From NCBI GenBank assembly GCA_951406725.2, contig OX597815.1:199764001-199828000 (forward strand): a DNA stretch of 64,000 nucleotides, written 5' to 3'. Below are positions 26,554 through 40,855 of the stretch, in pieces. The DNA comes from Octopus vulgaris. Taxonomy: Eukaryota. The notes below the pieces were generated by a model that was not told the DNA's origin, searched no databases, and worked only from the letters and a program-made list of their open reading frames with translations. Each line of letters begins with the position of its first letter. Positions within the stretch are counted from its first letter, which is position 1. Position numbers and translations under genes: made by a program.

Positions 26554-27300
26554 GTCCTGCAACTCAACTTGATTTCGAGCCGGGTCGTCTGCTGCTGGAG
26601 AGGACCGATCAGGTAAAGGACCTGGGTATCTTGGTGGATTCCTCCTTTTCGCCTTCGGCCCAGTGCGTCCATGCTGCCAACAAAGCACGCGGAGTTCTGT
26701 TCTTGATTAGACGGTCATTCGGAATGCTCACAGCAGCCATATTCCTCCCGCTCTATGTCACGCTGGTGAGACCCATACTGGAGTACGGGATTCAAGCCTC
26801 TTATCCTTATCTCCTCAAAGACATACATCATCTAGAAAGAGTCCAGAAGCTGGCTACCCGAATTGTTCTTGATCTCAAGCATTTGTCTTATGAAGAAAGG
26901 CTGAAGACGCTCGACCTTTATTCTCTAGAAAAACGACGACGCCGTGGTGATCTCATTCTTGCTCACAACATCATAAGCGGAAAGTGTAACCTCTCGAAAG
27001 AGCTGTTCTTCACTCCTGCTCCAGAACGTCGGCTCCGGGGTCATTCCGAAAAGCTCTATCTGCAACGATTTCATCGCAATCGAAGGAGAGGGGCTTTCTC
27101 CGTCCGGGTTGCGGATCCGTGGAATAAGCTGCCGGACGAGATAGTGAAGATGCCGACGACCGCTCGGTTCAAAGTCTCCCTTGACCACAAGTGGCCTGAA
27201 CTCTTTACATGAACACCACCCTGTACGTAACTCCATGTCCCCCTACATGGCCTTGGTTTTTGCTTTTTGAGCCAAAAAATTAACTAACTAACTAACTAAC
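26554..27300 (+). mobile_element. CR1-clade LINE, 5'-truncated 3' end
   Basis: Uninterrupted frame DLGILVD..LY.TLVRPILEYG..LERVQK.ATR..SYEERL..L.SLE.RR.RGDLI..RGHS.KL..FS.RV..WN.LP; (TAAC)n tail; flanked by acacaaa at a (CA)n site. Confidence 0.93.
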
Positions 27301-27438
27301 ACACAAATTTAAAATAATAAGGCTGAAAAACTGAATATTAATTTGATTAATATCAATTTAAAGCCAGTGGTCTAGCATATTGAAAAATCTCAGAAAATTT
27401 TAGAAAATATTATATTACATACATATAAGGTCATCCCT

Positions 27439-27494
<56 letters not shown>

Positions 27495-27564
27495 TGTATG
27501 TATATATATATATATATATATATTGGTAGTGTTTTGGAAATTCCTTGATACAGTTACAATACTT

Positions 27565-27710
27565 GGAGAGAAGATTTTTTCTCAGAGTTAAGATCGAGAA
27601 AAGAACTTTCTAGAAAGGTTCTTTTCTCAATCTTAACTCTTTGAGAAATAATCTTCTCTCCATATATATAAGAAATTTGAAAAGCTGAACGCGAAACCGG
27701 TCATTTCTTC
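27565..27710 (+). mobile_element. (TA)n-embedded element: ~96 bp palindrome followed by a hammerhead-like motif (family H5)
   Basis: aagaaat-TTGAAAA-GC tgaac GC-GAAAC-CG-GTC-atttctt: 7 bp stem I and palindromic stem III ACCGGT. Confidence 0.6.
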
Positions 27711-27824
27711 TATACTATGTCATTGAATGAAAAAAATTTATAACATTCTTCAGACATATTGACTCAAATATATATTTTTTAACCTTTTAAAACAAGCCTT
27801 CTGTAGTTTTTTCACTTTTTACTA

Positions 27825-27916
<92 letters not shown>

Positions 27917-28328
27917 GACATATAAAGAATTGTTTCAATATTTATGCAATTTTCAAAAGTATACGATAAAGAAATTCTACTTATATAGGATGGAAATGGT
28001 AGAAGGTATTGGACCTATTCAGGAAATAGAATAAAAAACAGAAAGCAAAAAAAAAAAAAAAAAAAACTATTTAATTGTTGTAAATAAGACACTGACTCAA
28101 AATCGGCTTTAAATTAAAGTTAAAGGAAGAGAAAAATAGAAGCAAGAAAGAAGTATATGAGGGGAGAGAGATGTAGTTAGAGAAAAATATTTCATTATAG
28201 TTCAAACTCTACAATAGTATATAAATATGCATATACATATGCAGGCAAACATACAGACATATAGATACATACACACATAAAAGGATTTGCATCACAAGTA
28301 TATTTGTGTGTATATACAAGTATATATA

Positions 28329-28370
<42 letters not shown>

Positions 28371-28539
28371 TGTATATAATTTACTTTTAGCTGTAGTGCT
28401 CGAAGTAGATAAGGCTATAAGTACAAACATCTTCGGTAGACATGACTTGCTACTATTAATAGCTTTCTCTACTTGAAGTTCTACAGTCAAATATGAATTA
28501 TACCATGTCCTTTCGAAGCTTTGAAAGCAATATACTATA

Positions 28540-29500
28540 TATTGAGTTGTCCCGAAAGTTCGTGCCGATTTTTAAAGGGAAGAAAAAGGTCAATAAATAC
28601 TTGCCATTACATTTTTAATCAACCAAATATGAACCATTTTGTTGCACAAAGCGTCTCCATTTTTCCTTTAACTTGAAAATACCCTCTTCCCAGAATTGAG
28701 GGGGTCTCATGGCAAAGCATTCATCAAGGTATCTTTTTACGTCATCCAAGGAATTGAAATTTTTACCATTAAGTCTATTCTTCAGAGAATAAGTGGAAAT
28801 CCGAAGGAGCAATATCTGGTGAATATGGAGGGTGGAGTAATACATCCCAGCCGAGCTGCAGCAATTTTTGTCTGGTTCCCAAAGCATCAAGTGCCGAAAA
28901 TGAACTTTCTTATCTTCCATTTTAAAGGGTTACAGAATTAACACAGGTTATAGGAACATAAACCTTCTTCCACGAAAAGATAACTTAAACTGTGCGCTAA
29001 ATGGAGGTGTAGTCAAATCTTATTTTATGGACTCTTTTACTCTTTTACTTGTTTCAGTGATTTGACTGTGGCCATGCTGGAGACCGCCTTTAGTCTAGCA
29101 AATCGACCCCAGGACTTATTCTTTGTAAGCCTAGTACTTATTCCATCGGTCTCTCTGCCGAACCGCTAAGTTACGGGGACGTAAACACACCAGCATCGGT
29201 TGTCAAGCGATATACAAACATATACACACACATACATATATACATATGTATATACACACAAACATATACACACACATACATATATACATATACATACGTA
29301 TATACGACAGGATTCTTTCAGTTTCCGTCTACCAAATCCATTCACAAGTCTTTGGTCGGCCCGAGGCTATAGTAGAAGACCATGTGGTTTGTAAGCAAAT
29401 TGCTTACCACACAGCCACTCCTACGCCTCAACTATGTTCTGAAATAAGTCGATATGTAAGCTACTATAAATCGGCACGAACTTTTTGGACAACCCAAAAT
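28540..29500 (-). mobile_element. Internally deleted mariner element interrupted by SINE A
   Basis: TIRs ttgagttgtcccgaaagttcgtgccgattt and aaatcggcacgaactttttggacaacccaa. Residual peptide MEDKKVHFRHLMLWE fused to the mariner C-terminus (LNGKNFNS..FWEEGI.KL..W....NG.Y). Confidence 0.88.
29031..29427 (-). mobile_element. SINE family A nested in the mariner element
   Basis: Matches the family consensus. Confidence 0.9.
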
Positions 29501-29660
29501 ATATGTGTGTGTGTGTATACACATGCGCGCAAAGATCAGATATTCTTGTGACTCTATGTACCCAATATAATAATGTAACGAATAACAAACAAAGCATACG
29601 AAGTAAAGGACATGGAAATTCGTCTGCACATTTATATATAACCTACCGTTTATACATAAA

Positions 29661-30053
29661 CTAGCAGTATCGCCCGGCGTTGCTCGGGTTTGTAAGGGAA
29701 ACTATATAACTATATAAGCATTTTTAGAGATGTAAAGTATAATAGCCATCTCAATAGGGCTAACTACAAAGGGAGGGGGGTGTTACTGTAGCTTTTTACG
29801 TTCTGAGATTTAATAATACATTTTTAGATAGTTACTTCCCTTATATATGCCAAAAATGGGAAAAAATGAAGGTAAATTTTTTTTAAAATCGTAGACTCAT
29901 CGTAAACGCGCGCTAATACCCAGAAGGGCTCGATATGAATCACGACTATAAGATACCCGCTTTTGGTTAAACTGCACCGCAAAATGTGGGAGTAGTTAGG
30001 AATCTAAATCGTAGGAGACAGACAGCACACAACCTCACTTTTATATATAAAGA
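29661..30053 (-). mobile_element. Non-autonomous Helitron, same family as 4648-5119
   Basis: Reverse complement of TC...hairpin-CTAG, at an A|T target. Confidence 0.85.
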
Positions 30054-30459
30054 TACACACAAAGCTAGTTAGATGCATAAAGAAAGTGCGCACAATCACA
30101 ATCATAAGAGCAATGGACGTAGATGATAAGGATTATAGTTAAGCTTATTCATATTAAGATTAAAGTGAGCAATAGTATAACAGATACAAGCCGTCTGTAT
30201 ACTTAGAGGAATTAAGTTGTGTACGGAGATGAAATTATAGAATTTCTAATAATTATGAAGATAATAAACCAAAGAAAGTAAGAGAAATGAAACAAGTTAG
30301 TAATTAGACGCCTGTTAGGGCCAAGGAAGATTATCAGAAAAGGTTTTAAGCATTTGAAAGACTATTGAAAGCTAGTGGGATGCCTAAAGGTTACATGTAT
30401 TAATCCGCTAACCACATTAATTCTACCATGAATAAAAACAAACCTGAGTCGAATCAATA

Positions 30460-30609
30460 ATCATGATAATGATAATAATAATAATAATAATAATAATAAG
30501 TAATAATAATAATAATGATAATAATAATGATAAGTAATAATAATAATAATAATAATAATAATTATAATAATAGTAGTAGTAGTAGTAATAATAATAATAA
30601 TAATAATAA

Positions 30610-30643
<34 letters not shown>

Positions 30644-30798
30644 GTAATAATAATAATAATAGTAGTAGTAGTAATAATAATAATAATAATAATAATAAAA
30701 ATAATAGTAGTAGTAGTAGTAGTAATAATAATAATAATAATAATAATAAGTAATAATAATAATAATAATAACAATAATAATAAGTAATAATAATAATA

Positions 30799-30829
<31 letters not shown>

Positions 30830-30853
30830 ATAATAATAATAATAATAATAATA

Positions 30854-30891
<38 letters not shown>

Positions 30892-30895
30892 AATC
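30460..30895. repeat. (AAT)n/(AGT)n/(GAT)n compound microsatellite
   Basis: Seen directly. Confidence 0.95.
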
Positions 30896-31129
30896 CTTTC
30901 TGCTATAGGCACAAGGCCCAACATTTAGTCGACCTTGCCGGAATTTGAACTGAGAAGGTGAAGATGGACGAAATACCGGCGTGCAAACGATTCTGCTAAG
31001 TTCACCGCCCTTATAATAATAGTAATAATTACACTAATAGTAATCATAACAGCAACAAGAACAGCAGCAGCAACAACAATAACAACAACAATAATAATAA
31101 TAATAATAATAATTATAATAATAATAATA

Positions 31130-31575
31130 ATTGTAGACTAATAAATGTAAGTGTTCCCACTGATTAAAATATACCTATAAAGGAACTTGACAAATTAAGT
31201 AAATATAAGGACCTGGAAATCGAAATACAAAAGATGTGGCATCTTAAAGCGAGAGCTGTTGCTGTTATTGTGGGTGCCGTAGGTATGAAAAGCAAAGGAT
31301 GTCAAAAAACATCTAGATAACATCCCAGGAGAACCATCTCTCAGAGAATTCCCAAAGATTGTGCAAACAAGTACTGACAACGTCATTAGAGAAACCCTAT
31401 CAATTTGAACGTCTGTGTTGTATTACGTAAGGAGATTTCGCTATTGCGCCCCCCTGCCACTTCCCCTACTCAAGCTTTCAGTCATACTGTGAAATCTCTT
31501 ATCCTTCACATGCTCTAGGACGCTGGATGTGTCTCGGGGCAAATGATTGTAACAAACATGCAGATTAAGAGTAAA
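31130..31575 (+). pseudogene. 3' end of an R4/Dong-like LINE (REL endonuclease C-terminus and 3' UTR)
   Basis: VSVPTD.N..KELDKLSKYKDLEIEIQKMWHLK..VIVGAVG..IPG....R....L. Located between (AAT)n and (CTA)n tracts. Confidence 0.8.
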
Positions 31576-31589
31576 TAATAAATGATGAT

Positions 31590-31591
31590 GA

Positions 31592-31653
<62 letters not shown>

Positions 31654-31673
31654 TTACTACTACTACTACCACT

Positions 31674-31765
<92 letters not shown>

Positions 31766-31934
31766 CACTACCACTACAAACAACACCACCACCACCACCA
31801 CCACCACCACTACAAACACTACTACTACCACCACCACGACCACCACCACTACTACTATTACTACTACTACTACTACTCCCACCACCATCACCACCACCAC
31901 TACTACTACTACTACCACCACCACCACCACCACC

Positions 31935-32025
<91 letters not shown>
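31590..32025. repeat. (CTA)n/(CCA)n microsatellite
   Basis: Seen directly. Confidence 0.95.
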
Positions 32026-32692
32026 GTACCAGGCAGTGACTCTCATGGTTCTTGATCTTAACTGACTGGAAGTGTTATCAAGTACATTGTTTTGTCTTGG
32101 TATAAATGATGGGCTACAGCAAATATTCCACTCAATACCACAGATTTTGCTTGTCAGTTTCTTGACCTTAACATATTGACAAAAGATTGTCTTAACTGGT
32201 TCGTCACATGTATTGAGAAGAACATTGTCACTGTGAATTTTCTCTCCTTTTCACCCTTTTATTTTCTTTGTTTTCCTTTTTTTCCTTTTTCTTTTGTTTT
32301 TTCAGTTTTTCCTTTTCCTCTTTGCTTTTTCTACCCCCTTTTCTCTATCCCCTGACTTTGTAAAGGAACAATCTGATGTCTTTATTTTAATGGCCAACCA
32401 ATTTCTCTGGCCTAGGTGTCAAGAAAACACTCGGCAAGAAATGGAAACAAAACTGAAAGAAGATGTTAACAGTAATACTAATAATTAAAGGTGCAGACAA
32501 ATTTTTTTACCTGATCTCTGGGAAATCATCAATCTACGAAATTCAAAAAAAATTATTGACATCAACCGCTCACCTTCTCAGGAAGTTTCTCTCCATCTAA
32601 CATATTCGTACCTAAGGTCTCTCGTTGAAACCTTTCCGGAAGATGAAATAAACTGGAAATCAAACGAAAAGTACATAATAATTATACTAATA

Positions 32693-33099
32693 GGCGCAGA
32701 AGTGGCTGTGTGGTAAGTAGCTTGCTAACCAACCACATGGTTTCGGGTTCAGTCCCGCTGCGTGGCATCTTGGGCAAGTGTCTTCTGCTATAGCCCCGGG
32801 CCAACCAATGCCTAGTGAGTGGATTTGGTAGACGGAAACTGAAAGAAGCCTGTCGTATATTTGTATATATATATATATGTATGTGTGTGTATGTGTGTGT
32901 GTGTCTGTGTTTGTCCCCCTAGCATTGCTTGACAACCGATGCTGGTGTGTTTACGTCCCCGTCACTTAGCGGTTCGGCAAAAGAGACCGATAGAATAAGT
33001 ACTGGGCTTACAAAGAATAAGTCCCGGGGTCGATTTGCTCGACTAAAGGCGGTGCTCCAGCATGGCCGCAGTCAAATGACTGAAACAAGTAAAAGAGTA
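32693..33099 (+). mobile_element. SINE family A, full length
   Basis: Matches the family consensus. Confidence 0.92.
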
Positions 33100-33320
33100 A
33101 TATATACGGCCATTAGTAAATTAAGATATACGCTATAGAAAAGGGACATTACTGGGGTATTACTATTATGCAAAGATTTAATTTAAGGAAGATCTTGAAT
33201 CTATTATGGTTATATGACAGAAGAAATTCTGAACGCTTTACTAATAAACCGTCTTTTAGAAAAGATTTATTTTAAGACTTCCATACTTTATAACTTTCCT
33301 ACTATTTTATCACAAGTGTA

Positions 33321-33721
33321 GTGGAGGCGCAATGGCCCAGTGGTTAGGGCAGCGGACTTGCGGTCGTAGGATCGCGGTTTCGATTCCCAGACCGGGCGTG
33401 TGAGTGTTTATTGAGCGAAAACACCTAAAGCTCCACGATGCTCCGGCAGGGGATGGTGGGGATCCCTGCTGTACTCTTTCACCACAACTTTCTCTCACTC
33501 TTACTTCCTGTTTCTGTTGTACCTGTATTTCAAAGGGCCGGCCTTGTCACTCTCTGTGTCACGCTGAATATCCCCGAGAATTACGTTAAGGGTACACGTG
33601 TCTGTGGAGTGCTCAGCCACTTACACGTTAATTTCACGAGCAGGCTGTTCCATTGATCGGATCAACCGTAACCCTCGTCGTCGTAACCGACGGAGTGCTT
33701 CCAAAAAAAAAAAAAAAAAAA
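33321..33721 (+). mobile_element. SINE family B2 (tail type 2, poly-A)
   Basis: A and B boxes, poly(A) tail, TSD atcacaagtgtag. Confidence 0.9.
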
Positions 33722-34306
33722 TCACAAGTGTAGGGTGAGGCATGTTTCACCAGGATCTGTTTAAAGTTGAAAGGAACAACACACTCCTTCAATTTCCTTT
33801 CATAAACGAATATTCTAAACGAATATTCGTGAGAATAACATCTAATTTTGAGTGAATCGGAAGTGAGGTTGATTAAACTTTATTTATGTATAGATGCAAC
33901 ATAACACTTCTAAGATTAAAATTTAACTATATCAATAGAGCTTATATAAATAATGACATATATTGCAAAGTTTTTATTCATGAGGAACACTTAAAATGCA
34001 TTCAAATGTCTCAGGAAACCCTACGAAATGTTATTATATATATTTAGCTTTTTCCTCTTACATGAAGTTTGAATTCTTAAGAGATTAAAATAATCCTAAA
34101 ATATTCTTTGAAGGATTCGACTGTGCTAAATTCAATAGATTCCACGAAGACTATTTAAGAAATTTCGTCTTAGCGGAAACTATTTAAACCAGATTCGTTT
34201 GAAATTCTCAATTAAGAGATAATTTTCTCTTGTAAGGTTTCTTTACAACTTACAGATTCTTACATTTCAATTATGTTTCGCGTGGATTTTAGAATTATGA
34301 AGGCTT

Positions 34307-34422
34307 GGGCGTGGCTGTGTGGTAAGACATTTGCTTCCCGACCACACGGTTTCGAGTTCAGTCTCACTGCGCGGGGCGGCACTTTGGGCGAATATCTTCT
34401 ACTATAGCCTCGGGCTAACCAA
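34307..34422 (+). mobile_element. SINE family A, 5' fragment
   Basis: ggcgtggctgtgtggtaag...ctatagcctcgggc. Confidence 0.75.
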
Positions 34423-34465
34423 TATATTCTAATACATGTGTATATTTAAAGGGCTAAAGAACCAC

Positions 34466-34518
<53 letters not shown>

Positions 34519-34539
34519 GTCAGCCGTATGCTAGAAGTA

Positions 34540-35192
34540 GATCACCTTTGGCAGTAATTACAGTTTGAATTCTACGAGATGTGGACTCATGCATAATTTG
34601 AATTGTTTCCAAAGGAATTTTTGTCCATTCTTCAGCTAAAACAGTCTCTAGTTCTTGGAGTGATGATGGTGGAGGATAATCAACTTGTTTTTCTATAATG
34701 CACCATAAATGTTCAATAATATTGAAGTCTGGGGTCTGTGGTGGCTAGATAAGATGTTCAACTTCACTAGAATGTTCCTCGTGCCATTCAGTAACAAGTT
34801 TAGCTGTGTGAATTGGTGCATTATCATCCTAAAAGATTCCGTTTCTCTCCGGAAACAGTTCCGCTACCATATGATGAATTTGATCAGATTAAATAGTCTT
34901 GACTCTTAATTCTGCCATGAAGGGAAACCATAGGGCCGGCGGATTTCCAAGATATAGCTCCTCCCCACCAGATCATCACAGATCGTCCTCCATGTTTAAC
35001 AGCTAGAAGGCAGTCTGGGTCAAATGCTTCTTTTGGCTGTCTCTACACGTATACTCGGCAGGTGGTCGTAAATAAGGTAAAAGATGACTCGTCCGAGAAA
35101 ATAACATTCTTCCACTACTCTAGGGACCAATTCTGTAGGTTTTTACTCCACTCTAAACGCTTTGCAACGTTTGTTTTTTAAAGTAGTGGTTT
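34540..35192 (-). pseudogene. Tc1-like DD34E transposase remnant
   Basis: Minus strand: VIFSDESSF, F*DDNAPIHTAK, PQTPDFNIIEHLW, EEWTKIP..RRIQTVITAKG. Confidence 0.85.
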
Positions 35193-35592
35193 ATCATCTC
35201 CACTATCCTCGACTTCATTATATAGAATATAAATATACCTCAGATTACGCTTCGAGGTCGACTTTGCTTTTCATCCGTTCAGGGTCGATAAAATAAGTGC
35301 AAGTCATATTCTGGGGTCGATGTTATCGATTTTCCTGCTTCGCCCAAAACTGCTTGTCTTGCGTCAAAATTAGTAAGAATTATGTTGGTTGTGTGTTGTA
35401 GTCCTAGAAAAACGGTTCTGTAATTTCTTGCTAAACGATCTGCACAAGGGATTTGCTTATAGTAATCAAATGTATGCGCTTGGCCCCCGTGCCATCCGTC
35501 CACTACAGAAATCATGTTCTTGTCGCATCACAACACTGTGACAGAACTATTTCACCTCAGTTCACATAGAGGAGGACAGTGATTTCACGTCA

Positions 35593-35594
<2 letters not shown>

Positions 35595-35674
<80 letters not shown>

Positions 35675-36049
35675 AAGCATTTATATATCTTTGAGAAATC
35701 GTTTTTATTTAAGCTATTATACTTGAAAAGCAACACGTGTTCATGTTGATCTTTTTTTTTTGTAACATTTAGTATTGTGATTCCAATATTGTTATACTTA
35801 CCTTTTGGCAGGAAAGACTTCTTCGTATTTTCAATTATTTACTAATCTCTAAGCACTCGTTTCTCAACGGAAGTGTTTTTGCCAATGTACATACATATAT
35901 ACATTTCTCTCACCCTTTACCTGAATACATACATACATACATGTGTATATATATATATGCATATATATATGTCATCTATATGTACTCTATGTATATATGC
36001 ATATATATATATATACATACGTACATATATATATATATATACATATAAA

Positions 36050-36081
<32 letters not shown>

Positions 36082-36083
36082 AA

Positions 36084-36114
<31 letters not shown>

Positions 36115-36284
36115 TTTATAATATGTATTTATATATATATATTGATAAGCAACACGTATAAATATATGTATATATATATTATATGTACATATAAATATAT
36201 GTATATATATATATATATACAGAAAATATATGTATTTATATATATATATATCTCTATATATATATAACATATAAATATATGTAC

Positions 36285-36316
<32 letters not shown>

Positions 36317-36317
36317 A

Positions 36318-36354
<37 letters not shown>

Positions 36355-36426
36355 TATAAATATATGTATATATATATATATATATATACATATAAATATA
36401 TGTATATATATATATATACATATAAA

Positions 36427-36510
<84 letters not shown>

Positions 36511-36578
36511 ATACACACACACATATATATGTTTACACATGCATATAAATATATGTATACTTACAAACACACATAATA

Positions 36579-36660
<82 letters not shown>

Positions 36661-36896
36661 GATACATATATGCTTGCATGCACGCATACATACATACACA
36701 CATATACATACATACATACATACATACATACATACATACATACATACATACATACATACATACATGCATGCATACATACATACATACATACATACATACA
36801 TACATACATACATACATGCATACATACATGCATACATGCATACATACATACATGCATACATACATACATACATACATACATACATACATACATACA

Positions 36897-36928
<32 letters not shown>

Positions 36929-36930
36929 CA
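35595..36930. repeat. (TA)n-derived, (TCTA)n and (CATA)n microsatellite block
   Basis: Seen directly; a short unique stretch interrupts it at about 35670-35885. Confidence 0.92.
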
Positions 36931-38187
36931 AACTATTGACTTCGTCGGAGGAGAAAGTGTTTTTGCTGCCAAGAAATTCCGTGATTCGAACATCTGTTTC
37001 GATTGTCGAAGTTTTTAAAAAGTGTAAGAAATTAGTTATTTCCCTGATGAGACCGTTAATACTGGAGAAATTTCAAATAACGAGAGCAAAAAAAAAAAAA
37101 AAGAAATAATAAAAAAAATAAAAAGAGAAAAGGGGACTATAAAGAAATAAAAAAAAAAAGAACATAACAAAAATAAAGCTAAATAAAAAAAAAAACAAGA
37201 AACATTGGTTGGCAACCGTTTTATTTTACTATTGTCATGTTGATAAGGAAAGCAGCGCTGGGAAAACAAGAGATGATGAGAATCGAAGGGGGATCTGAGA
37301 TGAGAGAATATTAAAGAAACATCTTTTCAGCTCCCTTGTTTGTTGGTTTAGTTTTCGAGTTGCCCTTGAGGGAGTCTTTTGTTTATTAATTACTTAGATA
37401 TTCTCAATTGATCGAAGTTTTTCGTCTCACTATATCACCTACGTGAGACACTGCTCTATTTGTATTTGCATTACGCTTAATGATCTCTCCTGAACTTTGT
37501 TAATATTTGACTAGCTTGTATGTAGATTCGGTAAATTGGAAGAATATTTAAAAAAGACAGACAATACGCCATGTTTTGAACAGAAATTCATGTGCCAATC
37601 ACAGACGAAACTTTACTGTTTTCGAATGAAACAATACTACGTTCATCAACGTTTTCTGAGGACGAGATCCCTCTTGTAAATGACACAGTGATAGAAGCCT
37701 GGCTTTGTGAAAGATGTGCTGGTGATCAATTAAAGAAGGAGAAAGATTCAAAGTGCTAAAGAAAGCTGTTGCTATTTCACTTTTGAAACATTAAAAATGA
37801 ATGCAATAAAATCGTAGTTGGCAGAGTGAGAGGAGTCTCTGTCATGGGAATGGAAAATATGTCAAAATTCTGAGATGTATTTCTGTAAAGGAAGAATGAA
37901 GAGGGAAAGAGAAAGGACGTTAGTGAAGTTTTTGGGGGTGATAGAAGATAGTTATAGTGGTACATTGTTTGGAGTAATATGAAGTTGTCAGGACCGGTAT
38001 TACAATCTTGGTGTCTAGAGTTCGAATACTATCGAGTTCGAATACTATCGAGTTCGAATACTATGATGTTATTTCATGATCTTTTACATTTTGACATAAA
38101 AGCCAGTGTGTGAGCCAAATTCTATATTTTAGCCTCCCTGGGGGTGGCGTCGATAAACGGTAATATTTGTTAAATATAATATATTTA

Positions 38188-38596
38188 GGCGGCGAGCTGG
38201 CAGAAATGTTGGCACGCCGGGCGAAATGCTTAGCAGTATTTCGTCTGCCGTTACGTTGTGGGTTCAAATTCCGCCGAGGTCGACTTTGCCTTTCATCCTT
38301 TCGAGGTCAATAAATTAAGTACTAGTTAGGCATTGGGGTCGATATAATCGACTTAATCCGTTCGTCTGTCCTTGTTTGTCCCCTCTGTGTTTAGCCCCTT
38401 GTGGGTAGTAAAGAAATAGGTATTTCGTTTGCCGCTACGTTCTGAGTTCAAATTTCGCCGAGGTGGACTTTACTTTTCATCTTTTCGGGGGTCGATAAAA
38501 TAAGTACCAGTTACGCACTGGGGTCGATGCAATCGACTTAATCCGTTTGTTTGTACCCTCTGTGTTTAGCCCCTTGTGGGCAATAAAGAAATAAAA
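38188..38596 (+). mobile_element. SINE family C dimer
   Basis: Head plus two units, junction gaaatagg|tatttcg; flanking aatatttgttaaata is duplicated. Confidence 0.9.
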
Positions 38597-39489
38597 TGGA
38601 AATATTTGTTAAATACTGAGGACAATTTCATAGACTGTGCTCTCCAGCATAACTTTCTGCCTATTTTTTCTGAAAGTGAAGATTCAACTATTGAAGAATA
38701 TATGTTGACATTTTGAGAGGGGAGGGAGGAGTGTGAGAAAGAGAGGGAGAAAAATGAAGATAGAAGAGGAGAGAGAGAGAGGGAGATAAAGAATGAAAGG
38801 AAAAAGAAGAGAGATATATACCGAGTTGAGTCGATATTGCAACAATTGGAGAAAAAGTTCTTCAGTCCTTTTTAAACCCTGATGGTTCATGGTTCTTGTA
38901 CAGATTCACTTGCCATGTATGACAATAAATACACCAAATAGTTTCTATGGCAATTTGTCAAAACCCGAACAGGTGAAAATGCTTATTCCTCTTATAGAGG
39001 CAGAGTACCACATGACTGACAGTTCCCTTGCATTCACTGCTGAACATATCCCATTAATTTTGAGTTCCAAAATTTAATAAAATCCATCAAATAAATCCAC
39101 GAAATTCGTCCTCGAGAGATCTAACGATACAATGCTTGTTCTGATGCAGGAAAACAGCCGCAATAAATTTATGATTCCATTGAGAGCAGTGCATCATCGG
39201 CAATCAGATTTCTGACACTTTTGCCCTTTCCATTCACGAACATACCCATATATTTAACCAACTACCACCCACTTACAAACTGTCGGCCGGTTTTACTTCA
39301 CTCTTTTAACTGTTGCACACTAAGCACAATGGCTGTCCAAGTATGATTACTTTGCAAAATCATTGCTCTGTCCACAAGTTCCGTCCAAGGAACAACAAGC
39401 AATTGAATCGAAGAAAACAAAGTAATGCAGGAGAAATCCTACTTGATAAATTTAGACTGTAGTACTGGAATAGAATATACTGTATATCT

Positions 39490-39803
39490 TCGTCGCCCTT
39501 TTCAAGCCTAATCAGGCTCATGGGCCCGGTTTCCCGGTTTCTGTGGCGTATGTGTCCCCCCCCCATACCCAGCAGGACAGGACGCCAGTCCATCGCAGCG
39601 TTACTCAAGAAACAGGAAGAGAAAGTGAGAGAAAGTTGTGGCGAAAGAGTACAACAGGGGTCGCCACCACCCCCTGCCGGAGCCTCGTGGAGCTTTTAAG
39701 TGTTTTCGCTCAATAAACACACACAACACCCGGTCTTGGAACGAAACTGAGATCTCCCGACCACGAGTCGGCTGCCCTAACCACTGGGCCATTGCGCCTC
39801 CAC
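39490..39803 (-). mobile_element. SINE family B2 (tail type 3)
   Basis: Head cctccac at 39797-39803; tail ctgcgatggactggcgtcc...gaaaccgggaaaccgg, similar to the B1 tail; TSD tatactgt. Confidence 0.88.
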
Positions 39804-40522
39804 TTATACTGTTTATACGAGTGAACAAGGTCTTTTTGTGTGGTTTTGTCACGGAGAACGGGGTTTAATTCATTTCAAGATTTCGAATAATCAATGACAA
39901 ATTTTGCTACATCTACAGAAAGATATATTTACACTTGGACTGTTGGAGAATGAGGCCCAGTGGAAGACAACATAATTCGAAGCTTCTATATCTCAGTCAA
40001 AAGTATTGCAGCGTGTTTTACCATATTTTTCAAATGGTATGAACCATTCAATCCGCGTTTATATTTGGCTGAAATATAGTGACACGCTTGCCAAATATTT
40101 TAAACATTAAGCTCAAAAGTTGTACCTCCTTCGTGGAAGAAGGTACAATTTAGAAGCTATCTCTAAATTTAGAAGCTATCTATAATCGATAAATTCTATA
40201 CGGAGGTCAATTACCTGACTACTAAAAAATTGAAACAGCTACCATATTATTGATAATAATGCATCTAAACTCATAAAAAATCCGACGTCTGTCTGTTCCA
40301 TTCTTGACAGGATTTGGTAATATGAAACTAGAATTTACTTGATTTTCATGGTAGAACTGGAAAGACATTCCCGATCAGTCGGTTGCTTACCAAAGACCAT
40401 CAACATAAAGACATAAATATTACAGTTGTTTCTTTAGGCATTGCCACCGCACTCCTTTATGAGAGCCGTACAGCATATCTTCGTTCAAACTTCTCTTGGA
40501 CTTAGACATAAAAGAGACACAT

Positions 40523-40855
40523 TGTGGAGGCACATGGCCTAGTGGTTAGAGCAGCAGACCTCGCGGTCGAAGGATCGCGGGTTCGAATCTCAGACCGGGC
40601 GCTGTGTGTGTGTTTATGGGCGAAACACCTAAGCTCCACGCGGCTCCGGCAGAAGGTAATGGCGAACTTCTGCTGACTCTTTCGCCACAACTTTCTCCCA
40701 CTCTTTCCTCCTGCATCTTGCAGCTCACCTGCGACGGACCGGCGTCCCGTTCAGGTGGGGAACCTATGCGCCAAGGAAACCGGGAAACCGGCCCTATGAG
40801 CCAGGTATGTCTCGAGAAGGAACAAAAACAAAAAAACAAACAAACAAAAAACAAA
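40523..40855 (+). mobile_element. SINE family B1
   Basis: Near-identical to the 1781 copy; (acaa)n tail. Confidence 0.9.

Noticed and set aside
38018-38064. Three copies of the 17 bp unit gagttcgaatactatc
   Set aside because: Simple local slippage; the B-box-like GTTCGAA has no accompanying A box or tRNA fold.
38860-39470. Possible decayed RT fragments here and at about 10350-11330, 37480-38000 and 39900-41560
   Set aside because: Only faint motif echoes; a profile-HMM search would be needed to call them.
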